Shown piece after piece: positions 12,856 through 27,669 of a DNA stretch of 64,000 nt. Below the pieces are notes generated by a model. The model was given only the letters and a program-made list of their open reading frames with translations, made no database searches and had not been told where the DNA came from. The stretch comes from Eledone cirrhosa (Eukaryota): NCBI GenBank assembly GCA_964016885.1, contig OZ024741.1, positions 312,418,001 through 312,482,000 of the forward strand. Reading direction: 5' to 3'. Within the stretch, counting starts at the first letter, position 1. The number at the start of each line of letters is the position of its first letter. The position numbers and the translations under genes were made by a program.

Positions 12856-15139
12856 TTACATGCATTTAAAAAAAGAAAAAGTCGTTTTTAAACGATGGTT
12901 ACAGTAATGTGAACGTTCAATTTTGCTGTTCAAAAGTTTGTTTTCCGACTTTAAAATGCAGTATATCTCCATATTGCATAATTTACAAAATCGGTGATTT
13001 GGCTTATATGGTGGCGCAGCGCAATAATTTGCCAATCAAGGGAGAATGCTTGATTGTTCTTCCGAAGCTGCCAGGCTTTGTCGGCGAGGGTTGTTACGGA
13101 GCACATTTTTTCATGCTTGATCGAAGATCGATGTTGGTATAGGTGTGCTTTGAAAGATGTTGCGGTACATCCGACGTAATACCATTTGTTGGTTCCGGAA
13201 TTTATTGTACATCGGTAGACAATATTGCGTGCTAGGCATTGGTTATTCAATGGGCACGAACCTGGTTTAGTGCAGTTACAGTTATTTCTATGTTTTGCAG
13301 TAGTATCCTGGATAGTTTGGTGGGGTTGTAGCTGCGTGTCAGTGCGTTGTATCTCGCTATGCTGGTGCGCTGTGTCATTAGGGATGTACTTATTTAGTAT
13401 TGTTGAGTTGAGTTTTTTAATTAGTTGTTCTATGTTAGGTGCAGTGGAGTATGAGAGTCTAATGGTGCGCGAGTTTAAGATTTTATAGTATTTATGTGAA
13501 GTTGTAAAGTGTTTATTGATCAGTGTATAGAATTGTGAGATAATCTTAGTGCTAATAGAAATATTGTACACGGGGTTATACCATATGTACTCTCTACGTC
13601 TAACTCTATTTGTTGGTTTGCACCTATTATTATGCCTATTAATGTGTCTATGTGGTGCAATACTAGTTCGACTTAGATGTGATTTATTCATAGTATCTAT
13701 GGGGTTATCTTCTAGATATTCTATTTTCTCGCAGTAACCAGCTTTTCTAAGTGCATCGTTATAATACTCAGCATGCTCGTTGAAGGTCTGCAAATTAGAC
13801 GATAGTCGGGAGATCCTTATGGATATATTTTTAGGGATAGATTTAATAATGGAATGGGGGTGGTTCGATCTTACATTAACGTACTTGAGATTTTCATTAA
13901 GTTTGTGAAATGGCTTTATATTACCATTATTAAGGTTGAAGGTGACATCCAAGAAATTGGCCACTTTAAGATTGTGTTCGAAGGTAATACTAAGTCCTAG
14001 TTCTAAGAAAAGTTTCCTAATGTTTTTACGTCGCCTTTCTAGGTTTTGTTTGTTCATATTTTTGACTAATAGGAGTGCATCATCACGGTAGATTCCACCG
14101 TGGAGGTCAATAAATTCGCTCTGGAGTCTGTGAGCTATATATATTCCAACCATATCTGTAACTTCCGCCGACTCATTAGAACCTATCGTAATGTCAAATT
14201 CCGAGGGTCTATCTCTGCGGACCCAATAACTATTTTCAAAATGGACTACTGTACGTCTAGCTTCAAGTATAATATTAATATCCTCGTTTGTGGGGTCCGA
14301 GTTGGCCTTAGCGAATGAGAGGGCCTTATGCAGAGTTTCAGGTGAAATAGAGGAATAGTATTCATCTATATCGAATTGAATAAAAGAAGATTTGTTTTTG
14401 TCACTGATGTTATTGAACCAACTTATTGCCTGTTGAGTATTACCCCATAATTTAATATCTACCTTAGCCTTAACTTGGGGATAATACGATCTAATACGTA
14501 CTTACTGATTCTACCTATATCAGATTTTGAAGGACATATTAATCTAATTTTAGGGTTAGTATCGAAGTTAGCCTTATGGTCCTTCAAATTAAAAGTCGGT
14601 GTCGCTGGAGATAGGGGTTCCGTTCTGTCGTCGATTTTCAGTTTCTTAACAATATCACATGCTGCGTTATTAATGTTGGTTAGTGTAGTTGCGTTTGTTT
14701 TGTTGTACTTCGTATGTAATTCCTTACGTATACAATTATTATACGTTTCTACATCTAGGGTATGTAGATTCGATGTTTTGTCTGCCTTTATAATAATTCC
14801 TTTGGTATTTCTCAGGTTCTCGAGTAGAGTTTTAATCTCCCGTTGCAGTTCGTTTTTCCTTCCGTTTGCAAATTTGATTCCGGTTATCATTTTCATTAGG
14901 TCTTGTTCGAAAGAATCCAGAAGAGGGTTAGAGGGTGGGTTTTTGTAGGATTTGAAACCAAACTTATTATCGTTGTTGACGTCGGAAGTTTTTGTAATCC
15001 TATTCCTATCGAAGTGAAAGGCCTTCCATCTAATCCGCCGAATAAATCCGTTGGTCCTTTGTATCATACCAAGAATGTATTCTTTTTTACCTTGAATGGG
15101 TATGTTTTTTAAGGACATACCACAATGATGTTTTTCCAT
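12856..15139 (-). pseudogene. Naiad RT + GIY-YIG ORF with two frameshifts
   Basis: MSLKNIP, KADKT, GGIYRDD, SNHP, WYNP, CNC..CPL..C, YYVG, CKLC, CNH. Frameshifts near 14480 and 13020. Confidence 0.85.
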
Positions 15140-15435
15140 TTCGGAGACGTAGGTTGATAGGTTACTCGACTGTAAAGGTGTGTGAAGAATTAATAAATCA
15201 GTACTCCAATGTTACTAGGTAGTCGCATTGGATGGAGTCAACCGACGTCGGAGATTGCTCAACGTATAATAAAATATGCTTTAAAATCCGGAGAAAATAT
15301 GAAGAAGAAGTTTATGAAACGGAAATGCGGGTATAAAGAATATATTAGGTAACAATTGTTTCTAAAGCTATTTGTATAATATAAAAATATTATCATAAAT
15401 CGTAGGTACACTGTAAGAGAACACACCATGTCGTC

Positions 15436-15456
<21 letters not shown>

Positions 15457-15471
<15 letters not shown>

Positions 15472-15570
15472 CTATGACCAATGTATATAGATCACAGGCA
15501 CCCATATATATATATATATATATGGGTGCCTGTGATCTATATACATTGGTCATAGACACACACACACACA
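15457..15570. repeat. perfect ~114 bp palindrome centred on (TA)n
   Basis: TCTATGACCAATGTATATAGATCACAGGCACCC-(AT)n-GGGTGCCTGTGATCTATATACATTGGTCATAGA, extended by TG/CA arms. Confidence 0.9.
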
Positions 15571-15579
15571 CACACACAT

Positions 15580-15649
<70 letters not shown>

Positions 15650-15650
<1 letters not shown>

Positions 15651-16081
15651 ACACCATCAGCTCTCTCTCTTCCATTCTCTATGTCTCTCTTTCTCTCTCT
15701 CTGTTTATGAAGGTACCCAGTAAAACCCCATATCTCGGGAACCCGTGATCCGATTTACGTGAAACTTGCTCTCTTCCATTCTCCTTCTCTCTCTCTAACC
15801 ACTCTCTATCTCTCTCTCTCTCTCTATGTCTCTCTTTCAACCACTGTCACAACCACTATCTCTTCCTCTCTATCGTTTTTCTCTCTTTGTTTATGAAGGT
15901 AGCCGGCAAAACCTCATACCTTGGGAACCCGTTCTTCAATTTACGTGAAAATTATTTTATTCCATTTATATTCCCAATTCAGGTCAACTTCTTTTCAAAG
16001 TATTTTCCCATTATCCCTTTTGGCTGTTTTACGTTACAAACAAGCAGGAATGCAATCAGAGATTTTTAATAATGTATAGAT
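15650..16081 (-). mobile_element. possible non-autonomous Helitron 5' portion
   Basis: Minus strand starts A|TCTATACATTATTAAAA and has internal subrepeats; no clean CTAG 3' end identified. Confidence 0.35.
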
Positions 16082-16789
16082 AGATAGATAGATTTTTTTC
16101 TAGTAAAACGAGAGGAGACCTGATGGGTGAAATTCCTTCAAGTTTTATTTCTGCAAACTTAACTGTATAATGCTCCTCATACAGTTGAGCGCTCTGTTTG
16201 TTTGTTAGACTTTAATTTGTATTTTCATTTTCTTTATTTCTTAGCTATTTATTTTCATTTTTGCTCCCATGATTACCATTGTGTATATGCTTATATTTTA
16301 TATTTGTTATATACTTATTTTTAATTTCCAATCAACCTTTACCGAATCATATTTCACTACACTGGGCTCTTACTTTCTATACTATTTTTTCTGAAATCTC
16401 CCATGTATACCTTGGCCTTCAGGTTATCTAGTAACACACACACGAAACCCCACCTCACCGATACAAGATGCGTTAACTTTCATTAACTACATTTCACAAT
16501 CTCTTTCACATATTTACCATCAATTAACTATTTGTCTATATATGAAGTTATTTATTTATTTATTAAATTATTTCCCCTTGGGATTCACTCACTATATAAC
16601 ATGCGATATAGTTCTCATATCATAATAAATACATAGAGACAAAAGTACGGTGTAGTATTAAGTTAAATATCTATATCTTACATATATTTATGATAGTGTA
16701 AGATTATATGGATCCAAAGCTGAATAACACATGGAACCCAAGTATAGATAGGAATTGAGTGAGTATAGTTTTTTTTCTGTTTCATTAAA

Positions 16790-17460
16790 TCTTACATTTC
16801 CTACAACTCTATCCTTATTATCACTGCTAGCAATAACTAATAATTATCTGGTATACGTTACATCACCACCTGACTGTGGAGGCTCTCCTATTTGCACTCG
16901 GAACGACTGGGTCTGTCCACCTTTCTTTAAAAAAATAATTTTCCCCTTTTCTTTCGATATACGGAAATATACTCGGAACGGTTTTAGGCCTTTGTGTCTT
17001 AGATGGACTGGGAAGTCGTCATTTCAGTTGTTATTGAACGCCAAACCACACTCTTTTCTATAGTATAGTGCAGGATTACTTCACACCCTATAAGAATACA
17101 ATATCGAGCAACCAAAGAACCCAAGGCTACATAGTGATTTACTTTTGTTTAAATTAATTATATTTTGTTTTGTTTATTACAGCTTTACACAACTCTATCA
17201 CTAGGATCATTATCTTAACTGGTATTTGTAATTAATGATTGTTGACATGCGTAACTTCACCGGCCAACTGTACGGACTCACATAATTACACATGGGAAGC
17301 ATGAGCCTGCCTAAGTTTCCTAGAGTGTTTAGAAATAATATATATTTACCCATTTTCGACAAGAGATTTTACTCGGAAAAGTTGATAGGTCTCTGAACGT
17401 GGAGTGACTGTGACGTCATTATCTCAGTTGGTATGTAACGCCAAACCACATCCTTTTCTT
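16790..17460. repeat. old diverged tandem duplication (~410 bp period)
   Basis: Shared blocks ACAACTCTATC, ACTCGGAA, GTCATT..CAGTTG and AACGCCAAACCACA in both units. Confidence 0.6.
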
Positions 17461-17708
17461 CACATTACAAACACACAGTGGTGGAACTAGACATTTTATT
17501 ACGACTATCAAAGATATATCTAGTTTTAATATAAATGCACCGACATTCTATCCTTCTCCCAATTCTTTAATTACATTTTTAAATTTAGATTTTTAATTTT
17601 TAATTTAATCTTTAATTTTACTTTTTTTTTTATTTCTTAATATTAACTTCTTGATTTTTAACCTTAAACCTTTTTAATTTCTGAATTCTCAACATTTTCT
17701 TTATATGA

Positions 17709-17935
<227 letters not shown>

Positions 17936-18498
17936 CAACATCAACATTTATAAATAGATCGAAGTTGACAATATATCATATATTATTTGTAATCTGGCGT
18001 AACCCCTGTTTTGCAAACAAACATATCTAATTCACACGCACTTATATGACAGATGAGTAACATATGCGACGATTTCCGTAGAATTGTACATCAGACATTG
18101 TGACGATTACAATAATAAAACGTACATCTTTGATTATGTATACGTATATGTTTGTATGTTTTGCTGCAAGTGTAGATGTGTATGCGAAAACTGTACAGAT
18201 AAACAACACTACAAATCTATGCTGTACAACGAATATATATATTTGTTTAACGCTTTGTATCTTAACGTTTTGCCGGTTATACATAAACACCAACATCCAC
18301 CCTCACACGAATATATATATATATATATATATATATTTAAAGGTTAAACAAGTTTCAATGAATAAATCAAAGAATGAGTTTAACAATAGATTGGAAGCAC
18401 TCAACAAATATGGTTTTCTGGAGTTGTTAATATTAATTCAAAATATTAACAAAAATAGACGTTCGTGTGGTCAAGTCAGGGTATGCCATGCATCATCT

Positions 18499-18565
18499 TA
18501 TTTTATCTGATGAGTAAATACTCTTGAAGATAGCTCAGTACCTCTGAAATATGTATAATAAAATA
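18499..18565 (+). ncRNA. candidate type I hammerhead inside an inverted repeat
   Basis: TATTTTAT-CTGATGA-...-GAAA-TATGTA-TA-ATAAAATA. Stem I has 8 bp but stem II pairs poorly; flanked by IR arms 18436-18477 and 18567-18608. Confidence 0.5.
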
Positions 18566-18605
18566 TACTTGATCACACGAATGTCTATTTTTGTTAATAT
18601 TTTGA

Positions 18606-20118
<1,513 letters not shown>

Positions 20119-20296
20119 ATATATATATATATATTGTTATACTTTGGGAGGGTCATGTTGCCAATAAGAAACACACGCACCAGTTGCTTTCACTTCAATT
20201 TATTATATATCTATAAATTTATAAATTTACAAATCTACAAACTTATAAATTTCTGGTTGGTTGGTTGGTTCCACAACCAGATAGTTGTTTATATAT

Positions 20297-20341
20297 AGTC
20301 ATAGTCCTTTCGTCACACACTCTGTGACCTCTTCAGTGACT
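20297..20341 (-). ncRNA. minimal type I hammerhead in PLE pseudo-LTR
   Basis: AGTCA-CTGAAGA-g-GTCACA-gagtg-TGTGAC-GAAA-GGAC-TA-TGACT. Confidence 0.75.
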
Positions 20342-20989
20342 GGGGATTCCTTTCTTTGTTTCTGTGCCTTTCCTTTCTTCTATCCTACGCCATTTTGTTT
20401 CTGTGTGTGTGTTGTGTGCTCAGTTTGCGCATGCGCCACATCCGGGTGTCTGTGTGTGTTTGTGTTCATTTATCTATTTGTTTGTTTATTTATTTATTTG
20501 TTGTTGGTTGGTTGTTTGTTCTATGTGTGTGTGTGTTTTCATTTTGTCCTGTGTGTGTTTTCATTTTGTCCTTAATTGTAAGTTGTTTGTTCTATGTGTG
20601 TGTGTGTTTTCATTTTGTCCTGTGTGTGTTTTCATTTTCATTTTGTCCTTAATTGTAAGTTGTGATGTTGCTGTTCCACTCATATTTTCTATTTAAGTTT
20701 GGTTGTAATTCTTTTATGCTTACTGCCTCTGTAATTTGCCTAAACACTGCATCTTTTCTGTGTGTGGATTCTATTTTTATTTCTATGTTCTCTAATCTAC
20801 CCATGTGTTCTATCTTAGCATGTTGGTAGAGCACAGATGATTCTTTATTATCTTGAAGGTCTCGCCAGTGTTCATTTATTCGTTCCCCTATACTACGAGC
20901 TGTCTCACCTATGTACACTATATTTTTGTTTCTACATTGTCCTTCAGTACATCTTATGCTATACACTACATTTATAGTTTTACAGTTAA

Positions 20990-23900
20990 AATTGACGGTA
21001 TCAACATGGCCGACATCTCATTATCAGAAGAGTTCAACAACAAAACTACCAACATTTATGGGAACACGGAAATAGATAATAATGAAATGTCTGTGTTATG
21101 TCTGCCGCCCAAATTTGCGACATTCAAGAAGGTAAATATGATTAGTTGTCTGTCAGAAATAGAAAAATCATTTACAAAACTACGCTGGAGCATCAAAAAC
21201 AAAAGCAACAATATACGCACACACATATACAACACACATCCCAAAAACAACAGACACACAGACACAAACAACAATAACAACAACACACACATCAACAACA
21301 ACAACAATAGCAACATACCCAGATACAACAACAACAGACACGCAGACACAAACAACAATAACAACACACACAACAACGATAACACACGGAGACAACAACA
21401 ACACACATCAACAACAGCACACATCAACAACAACAACACACACGTATTCAATGCCTCTCACCACCACCACAATCTTAACAAACACACAGACACAGAAAAC
21501 AAGTAATGACAGTAGCACAGAAATCAGAGAAATAAGGGAAAGTAATAGGATTAAAAGGAAAAGGAGATGGGAGACTAAGGACAAAGATAATAACCAAGAC
21601 GAACACACATACACACAAAATAGGGTAGATAACAACATTGAGCCAGTGGAAAGAGACAGGAGTAATTATGAAAGACATAGAAACAACCATGAGGCTGTTG
21701 GTGGAAAGAGAAATAGAAACAACACAACTAACAATAACAATAGCACTAGTACACATAAAGCAGCAGCTTGGAACTCTCCGTTTTATAATCCCTCCGATAA
21801 ATCATTCGACCTGCGACGAGTCCACGCCACGACTTTACCATTTAACAAACGCACGCAGTTGCCGTCGCAGGTCGATGAACAAACAGAAGCACAAGTTAGT
21901 ATAGCTAAATCCGAACTTAGAAATATTATAGAACAGTATAGCAAGAAGCATAATAGAATAGAGGCCCAGCAACTGGGAGAAAAATCTGCAAATGGCTTGC
22001 GTAAGCTCATGCAGCGCTCGCGTAATGGAAAGATAGCATGCTTTCCAACAGACAAGTCTGGCAGAATGTCGGTTGACAGCCTGCCAAACTACATCCAGTC
22101 AATGCAACCCCACATCACTAACACAAGAGAGGTAACACCACAGGAGCATGAGGATAGAGAAAAAGCCCTCAATGCCCATATAGTGATGTGGACGAATATA
22201 ATGCAGCCCAACAAAAGGACTGCCAACAACTTCCAGGCCTGGAACAATGACGAGCCGGCGTTGTATGGGCTTCGAAAAGACCATAAAACGGGCTGGGACC
22301 CTGTCGCGGGACCACCAACACGGCCAGTCTGTGGAGCTAACATTGCTAGTAACTACAGACTGTCCTACTTCCTCTCCCTGATCATACGCCCCATCATTGA
22401 GATGTCCCAAGATGTATGTGACAGAACGGAGGACCTCCTCAGCAGAATCGGCGCGGGTAACCGATCTGGGGACCTAACAAACTGCATAATAGGCAGTATG
22501 GATGTTGTGTCCCTGTATCCATCTATTGACGTGGATTTTGCTGTGGAGAAATGCGTAGAAATGATCAGAGAGAGCAAGGTTGAGTTCCGTGGGATCGACA
22601 CCAGTGAGCTGAGACTTCTACTTAAGCTTACCCATAGTAATAGTTACCTAGACACTTATGACCTTAGCAACCCGTGCCCTACAAGACCAGCAAGAGGCAG
22701 ACCACCTACCATTACCTCAATGGCCAAGAAAACCCACACAGATAGATGGAACGGGTGGACCAGAGCCATACGGACACCCGAAAACCACGATGAACTGATG
22801 AAAATGATTGCACATGCGGTAGGGGCCAGCATAAAATTAACCCTTAAGGAACATATGTTCAAATTTAATGGTAAAACATATTCCCAAGAGGAAGGAGCAG
22901 CCATTGGTGTTAGCATTGCAGGCGACATAGCTAACTTATTCATGGTATGGTGGGACAGTAGACTTAAACAAAAACTTAAAGAACAATTAGAAGACAGCTT
23001 AAACCTGATAATGTACTCCCGCAACGTAGATGATATAAACATCGTAGTTAAGACACCCCCACTAAATAACAGTCAGGAACTAGAGAAAAACACAATGGAA
23101 AGCATCCAGCAAATAGCTAACTCCATCCACCAGAGCATTAGAGTTACTATAGACTACCCAAGCAAACACCCCAACCATCGATTACCTGTACTAGACACAG
23201 AGCTCTGGTTAGATACAATTAACAACCAAAAACAAATCCTCCATTCCCATAATGCCAAACCCATGACTTCCAAACATCTGATCCACCGAAACTCGGCCAT
23301 TTCGGACCATACCAAAATCAACATACTGATTGCGGATTTGGTACGGGTGATGAGAAATGTGTCCCGCATGTGCAACCCCGAAGAACTAGAGAGACACATA
23401 CAACACTTCATCCACCGTACGCAGTTCTCTGGCTACAATCAGAGAGATAGAATCAGAGTGTATAGAGGAGCCAGAACCAAATGGGAAAAAATGGTAAATA
23501 ATGACATAAATGGGACCTACCCCTTGTATAGGAGCAAATTTTGGAATAGAATATAAAGAACTAGGAACAAGGCCAATAGAATAAACTCATGGTATGATAG
23601 CAATAAATACCAGAGTGTAATGTTCATCAATACAACCCCTAGAGGCGAACTAGCCTACAAATTTAGAAGGGCCCTAAATAAACATAAACTCAATATTAAG
23701 ATAGTAGAAAGACCAGGTACCTCCGTAAAAACACTTATTAGCAAGACATACCCGTTCCAAAGACCCTCATGTATAGATAAGAAATGTATAACCTGTAAAA
23801 TAAGCCCCCATATTAACTGTAAAACTAGAAATGTAGTGTATAGCATAAGATGTACTGAAGGACAATGTAGAAACAAAAATATAGTGTACATAGGTGAGAC

Positions 23901-24153
23901 AGCTCGTAGTATACGGGAACGAATAAATGAACACTGGCGAGACCTTCAAAATAATAAAGAATCATCTGTGCTCTACCAACATGCTAAGATAGAACACAGG
24001 GGTAGATTAGAGAACATAGAAATAAAAATAGAATCCACACACAGAAAAGATGCAGTGTTTAGGCAAATTACAGAGGCAGTAAGCATACAAGAATTACAAC
24101 CAAAATTAAATAGAAAATATGAGTGGAACAGCAACATCACAACTTACAATTAA
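20990..24153 (+). pseudogene. PLE RT + GIY-YIG ORF, inactivated
   Basis: TDKSG, YGLRKDHK, GSMDVVSLYPSI, GAAIG, catalytic motif altered to RNVDD, C..C..C linker, VVY..YIGETAR. Frameshift ~21500 and stop at 23554. Confidence 0.85.
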
Positions 24154-24389
24154 GGACAAAATGAAAATGAAAACACACACAGGACAAAATGAAAACACAC
24201 ACACACATAGAACAAACAACCAACCAACAATAAATAAATAAATAAACAAACAAATAGATAAATGAACACAAACACACACAGACACCCGGATGTGGCGCAT
24301 GCGCAAACTGAGCACACAACACACACACAGAAACAAAATGGCGTAGGATAGAAGAAAGGAAAGGCACAGAAACAAAGAAAGGAATCCCC

Positions 24390-24434
24390 AGTCACTGAAG
24401 AGGTCACAGAGTGTGGGACGAAAGGACTATGACT
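24390..24434 (+). ncRNA. minimal type I hammerhead in PLE pseudo-LTR (second copy)
   Basis: Same as the 20297 copy with one stem II mismatch (TGGGAC). Confidence 0.7.
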
Positions 24435-24654
24435 ATATATAAACAACTATCTGGTTGTGGAACCAACCAACCAACCAGAAATTTATAAGTTTGTAGATTT
24501 GTAAATTTATAAATTTATAGATATATAATACATTGAAGTGAAAGCTACTGGTGCGTGTGTTTCTTATTGGCAACATGACCCTCCCAAAGTATAACAATAT
24601 CGGATTCAACACACGATTTCAGATAAAGAATCTTGCTAAACAAATTCAGAAACG

Positions 24655-24764
<110 letters not shown>

Positions 24765-24863
24765 ATACATATATTTTGGAAAGAAAACGGGGTAGTGAGA
24801 GACAGGGCGTAAAAATGAGAGAGGAATTGAAAAAGAGAACAATTGATCATGTCTACAATATAC

Positions 24864-24998
24864 ACTCTTGGCAATTGATTCCGCGATATCCTGCTGAACA
24901 TCCATCTGAACATCTTCCACTGTGCGTCTCGCAGTTTATGTTGTTGATACAATGACATTTTCCTACACAATTTTTACCAAATACTCCTTGTTTACACT
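24864..24998 (-). CDS. EGF-like repeat exon (MEGF10/11/SREC-type Cys spacing)
   Basis: ttttcAG|xCKQGVFGKNCVGKCHCINNINCETHSGRCSDGCSAGYRGINCQE|GTatat; 135 bp, phase 1-1, no stops; donor is weak. Confidence 0.75.
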
Positions 24999-26028
24999 CT
25001 GAAAATGTCAATATAGACATATATCATTAATTACAAATAATTTTAGAGGTGTAAATGACATATAAATACCCCTACTCAATATTATATAGATGCGCCACAT
25101 TACATACTAAATATCTGATATAGGAATGAAATGTTTTATTACAATAACGTATGGTGGAAGCAAACGATAATAATAGAACAACGTACAAAGCATTATAGAT
25201 ATGTCCTCAATACATCAGTGACATTCTAATACAATGTAACAAGAGCAACTCTCAAATAATAAATGTATATATATTAGCACACCCACTAATAAGCAAGATT
25301 TACATATCAGCAGATATGCAAATCAGTCGATCTGCTAATATGCAGATCTGACTGAAATTCTACAGTGATGTGAAATAGCTATCACTCTCTTTTAATTGAA
25401 ATGCATTTAAGTTTCTTTTTAATTGCTAGAAAAGGGACACTACAAAAACTTAAGAATTCTATATGTCAATACAATAAAACAACAATGTAGCGAAGGTCAA
25501 CTCTTCATATTGGTAAATGTAATTCATTTATTCCCACCAGTAGCATCTATTTTCAAATTCTCTGGTTGAAGCTTCCCATCATCGTGCACAAATTAAGATT
25601 CATACAGATTTTCCCTTACCAGTTTCATCGCTCTTCTATCTTCATTATCGTCTTTTTTTAAATTTATCATGGATTACTTTACTGATTACAGAAGTAAGTG
25701 TAATACAGTTTTTGTTCAATTTACATGCATATTGTCAATTTACTTTTTAATTACGTATCATATCTATATACATATATATATATACGTATGATATCAATAT
25801 GCACACAACATATGCTAGCAGATAACCGCTCAGTTGGCGGTTCTTATGCTAGTGTATCTTAATGTTCCGTGCATTACACACACACACACACACACACGCA
25901 CACACACCCACACACACACACACACAAACACACACATACATACGCACACACTCACACACACATACACACATACACACACATACACACACACATACACACA
26001 CAGACACACACTCACACACACATACACA

Positions 26029-26799
26029 TCTATATATATAAAACAGAGGATGTATGTGTGTCTGTTTCCCTAAAACTCGAGAAGTACCCAACCCCTTTTT
26101 TTCAAACTTTATACATGTAACTCCTATGAGCAAAAACAATTCAAATTTTCAATGCCCTAGGGACCGCATTAGGCGATTTAGCGATCTCTTTCTCTTTCTC
26201 TTAGTATTTCTCTTTTTAGATAGATACATAGATATGACGTCGCGCCTTCATAATATATGTCTGCATGCCTGACTGTCTGCATTACGTCATTATGACGCGA
26301 TCAGTGTGTGTGTGTATATATATGCTTATGCCAAAGAACGTCTTCACGAACCAAAGTATCGTCTTCCTGTTTTCCAGATGGATTTTTTTTAGTTTAAGAA
26401 GATCCCGTTAAGGTTGAAATCACCGATTCTTTGCTTAAACATTAATATGTTATTTTAATATAGATATTCGTGTACAGATATTTTTGCATACACAAAAACA
26501 AAATATAAACAAACAAGGCCAAAGATTACATCAATTAGTCTTAGTGTATGTACTTCATACTGCTTTTAGGTAGAATATCCCGTTAAGGGTGAAAGCAGTG
26601 ATTCTTTGCTTAAACTTTAGTCTGTTATTTTAATATATATATATATATAATTATATATTTATGGACAGATATTTTTGCATACACAATAAGAAAATATAAA
26701 CAAACGTATTTATTTCACGAGGTTCAATAAGGATAAATATATATCAAATATATAAGAACCCTATAGCAAATCCCGAGCAACGCCGGGCCATTCTGCTAG
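26029..26799 (+). mobile_element. complete non-autonomous Helitron
   Basis: A|TCTATATATATAAAA 5' end; 3' hairpin CCCGAGCAACGCCGGG then CTAG|T; internal ~120 bp direct repeat. Confidence 0.85.
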
Positions 26800-26900
26800 T
26801 ATATATATATATAATAGAGGGTGAAAGGGAAAGAAAAAGAAAGGAAGAAATGGAGAATGTAATGGAAAGAAATAGACTATTTATCATGTCTGTAACATAC

Positions 26901-27032
26901 CTTGGCAATCGTCTGCACGAAAACCTCCCGAGCATCTATCTGAACATGTTCCATTCTTCACGTTACAATTATTGTTGTTGATACAATGACAACTTTTATC
27001 ACAATCTTCACCAAACCGTCTTACTACACATA
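26901..27032 (-). CDS. EGF-like repeat exon, paralogous to 24864-24998
   Basis: ttttcAG|xCVVRRFGEDCDKSCHCINNNNCNVKNGTCSDRCSGGFRADDCQ|GTATGT; 132 bp, phase 1-1, no stops. Confidence 0.8.
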
Positions 27033-27593
27033 CTGAAAATATCAATATAGACATATATTAGTAATTATTGGGGGATAAATGATATTACAATAGATCAAAT
27101 CAATTATATATTGATGCTCCACATCAGATACAAATATTGGTATAAAATGTAATATTACTATATGATGTGGAAGAAGCAAGCGATAATAAAAGAACAAGGC
27201 TTACAACGATTAAAGATTTCTGCTCCATATATTGTAGACTTTCTTTCGGAAGTTAACAAGATCAACACATAATTATATGTATATGTATATATATATATAT
27301 ATTTGAAAGGGGGTTAAAGTTCAATACGAAATAGAAGTTATAGAAAAAAGAAGGATGGGAAACAGCACATAATTATATTTAATGAATCTTTTTCTTTCCC
27401 TTTCTTCTTCTTTAATCCGTCAAAGTGCCATTATTGAAAAAAAAGAAGAAATACAATTTTTTTTAAGAAAGGACTTTTATGAAATATATAAAATATAACC
27501 TGTTTCTATGTAATCCATCTTATCAAATATTAGATATTACAATTAAAATAAAAAAAAAAGAATTAAAAATCGAGTGTTGAAGATGGTCTGTTT

Positions 27594-27663
<70 letters not shown>

Positions 27664-27669
<6 letters not shown>

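Larger units (their letters stand above)
12262..15436 (-). mobile_element. Naiad-type PLE with direct pseudo-LTRs, inserted in (TA)n
   Basis: Direct repeats at ~12262-12420 and ~15300-15436; RT plus C-terminal GIY-YIG; both ends abut (TA)n. Confidence 0.85.

Noticed and set aside
25500-25700. Possible cytoplasmic-tail exon (…RENLYES*) between the EGF exons
   Set aside because: In-frame stop, no clear splice sites, and an implausible position between two EGF exons.
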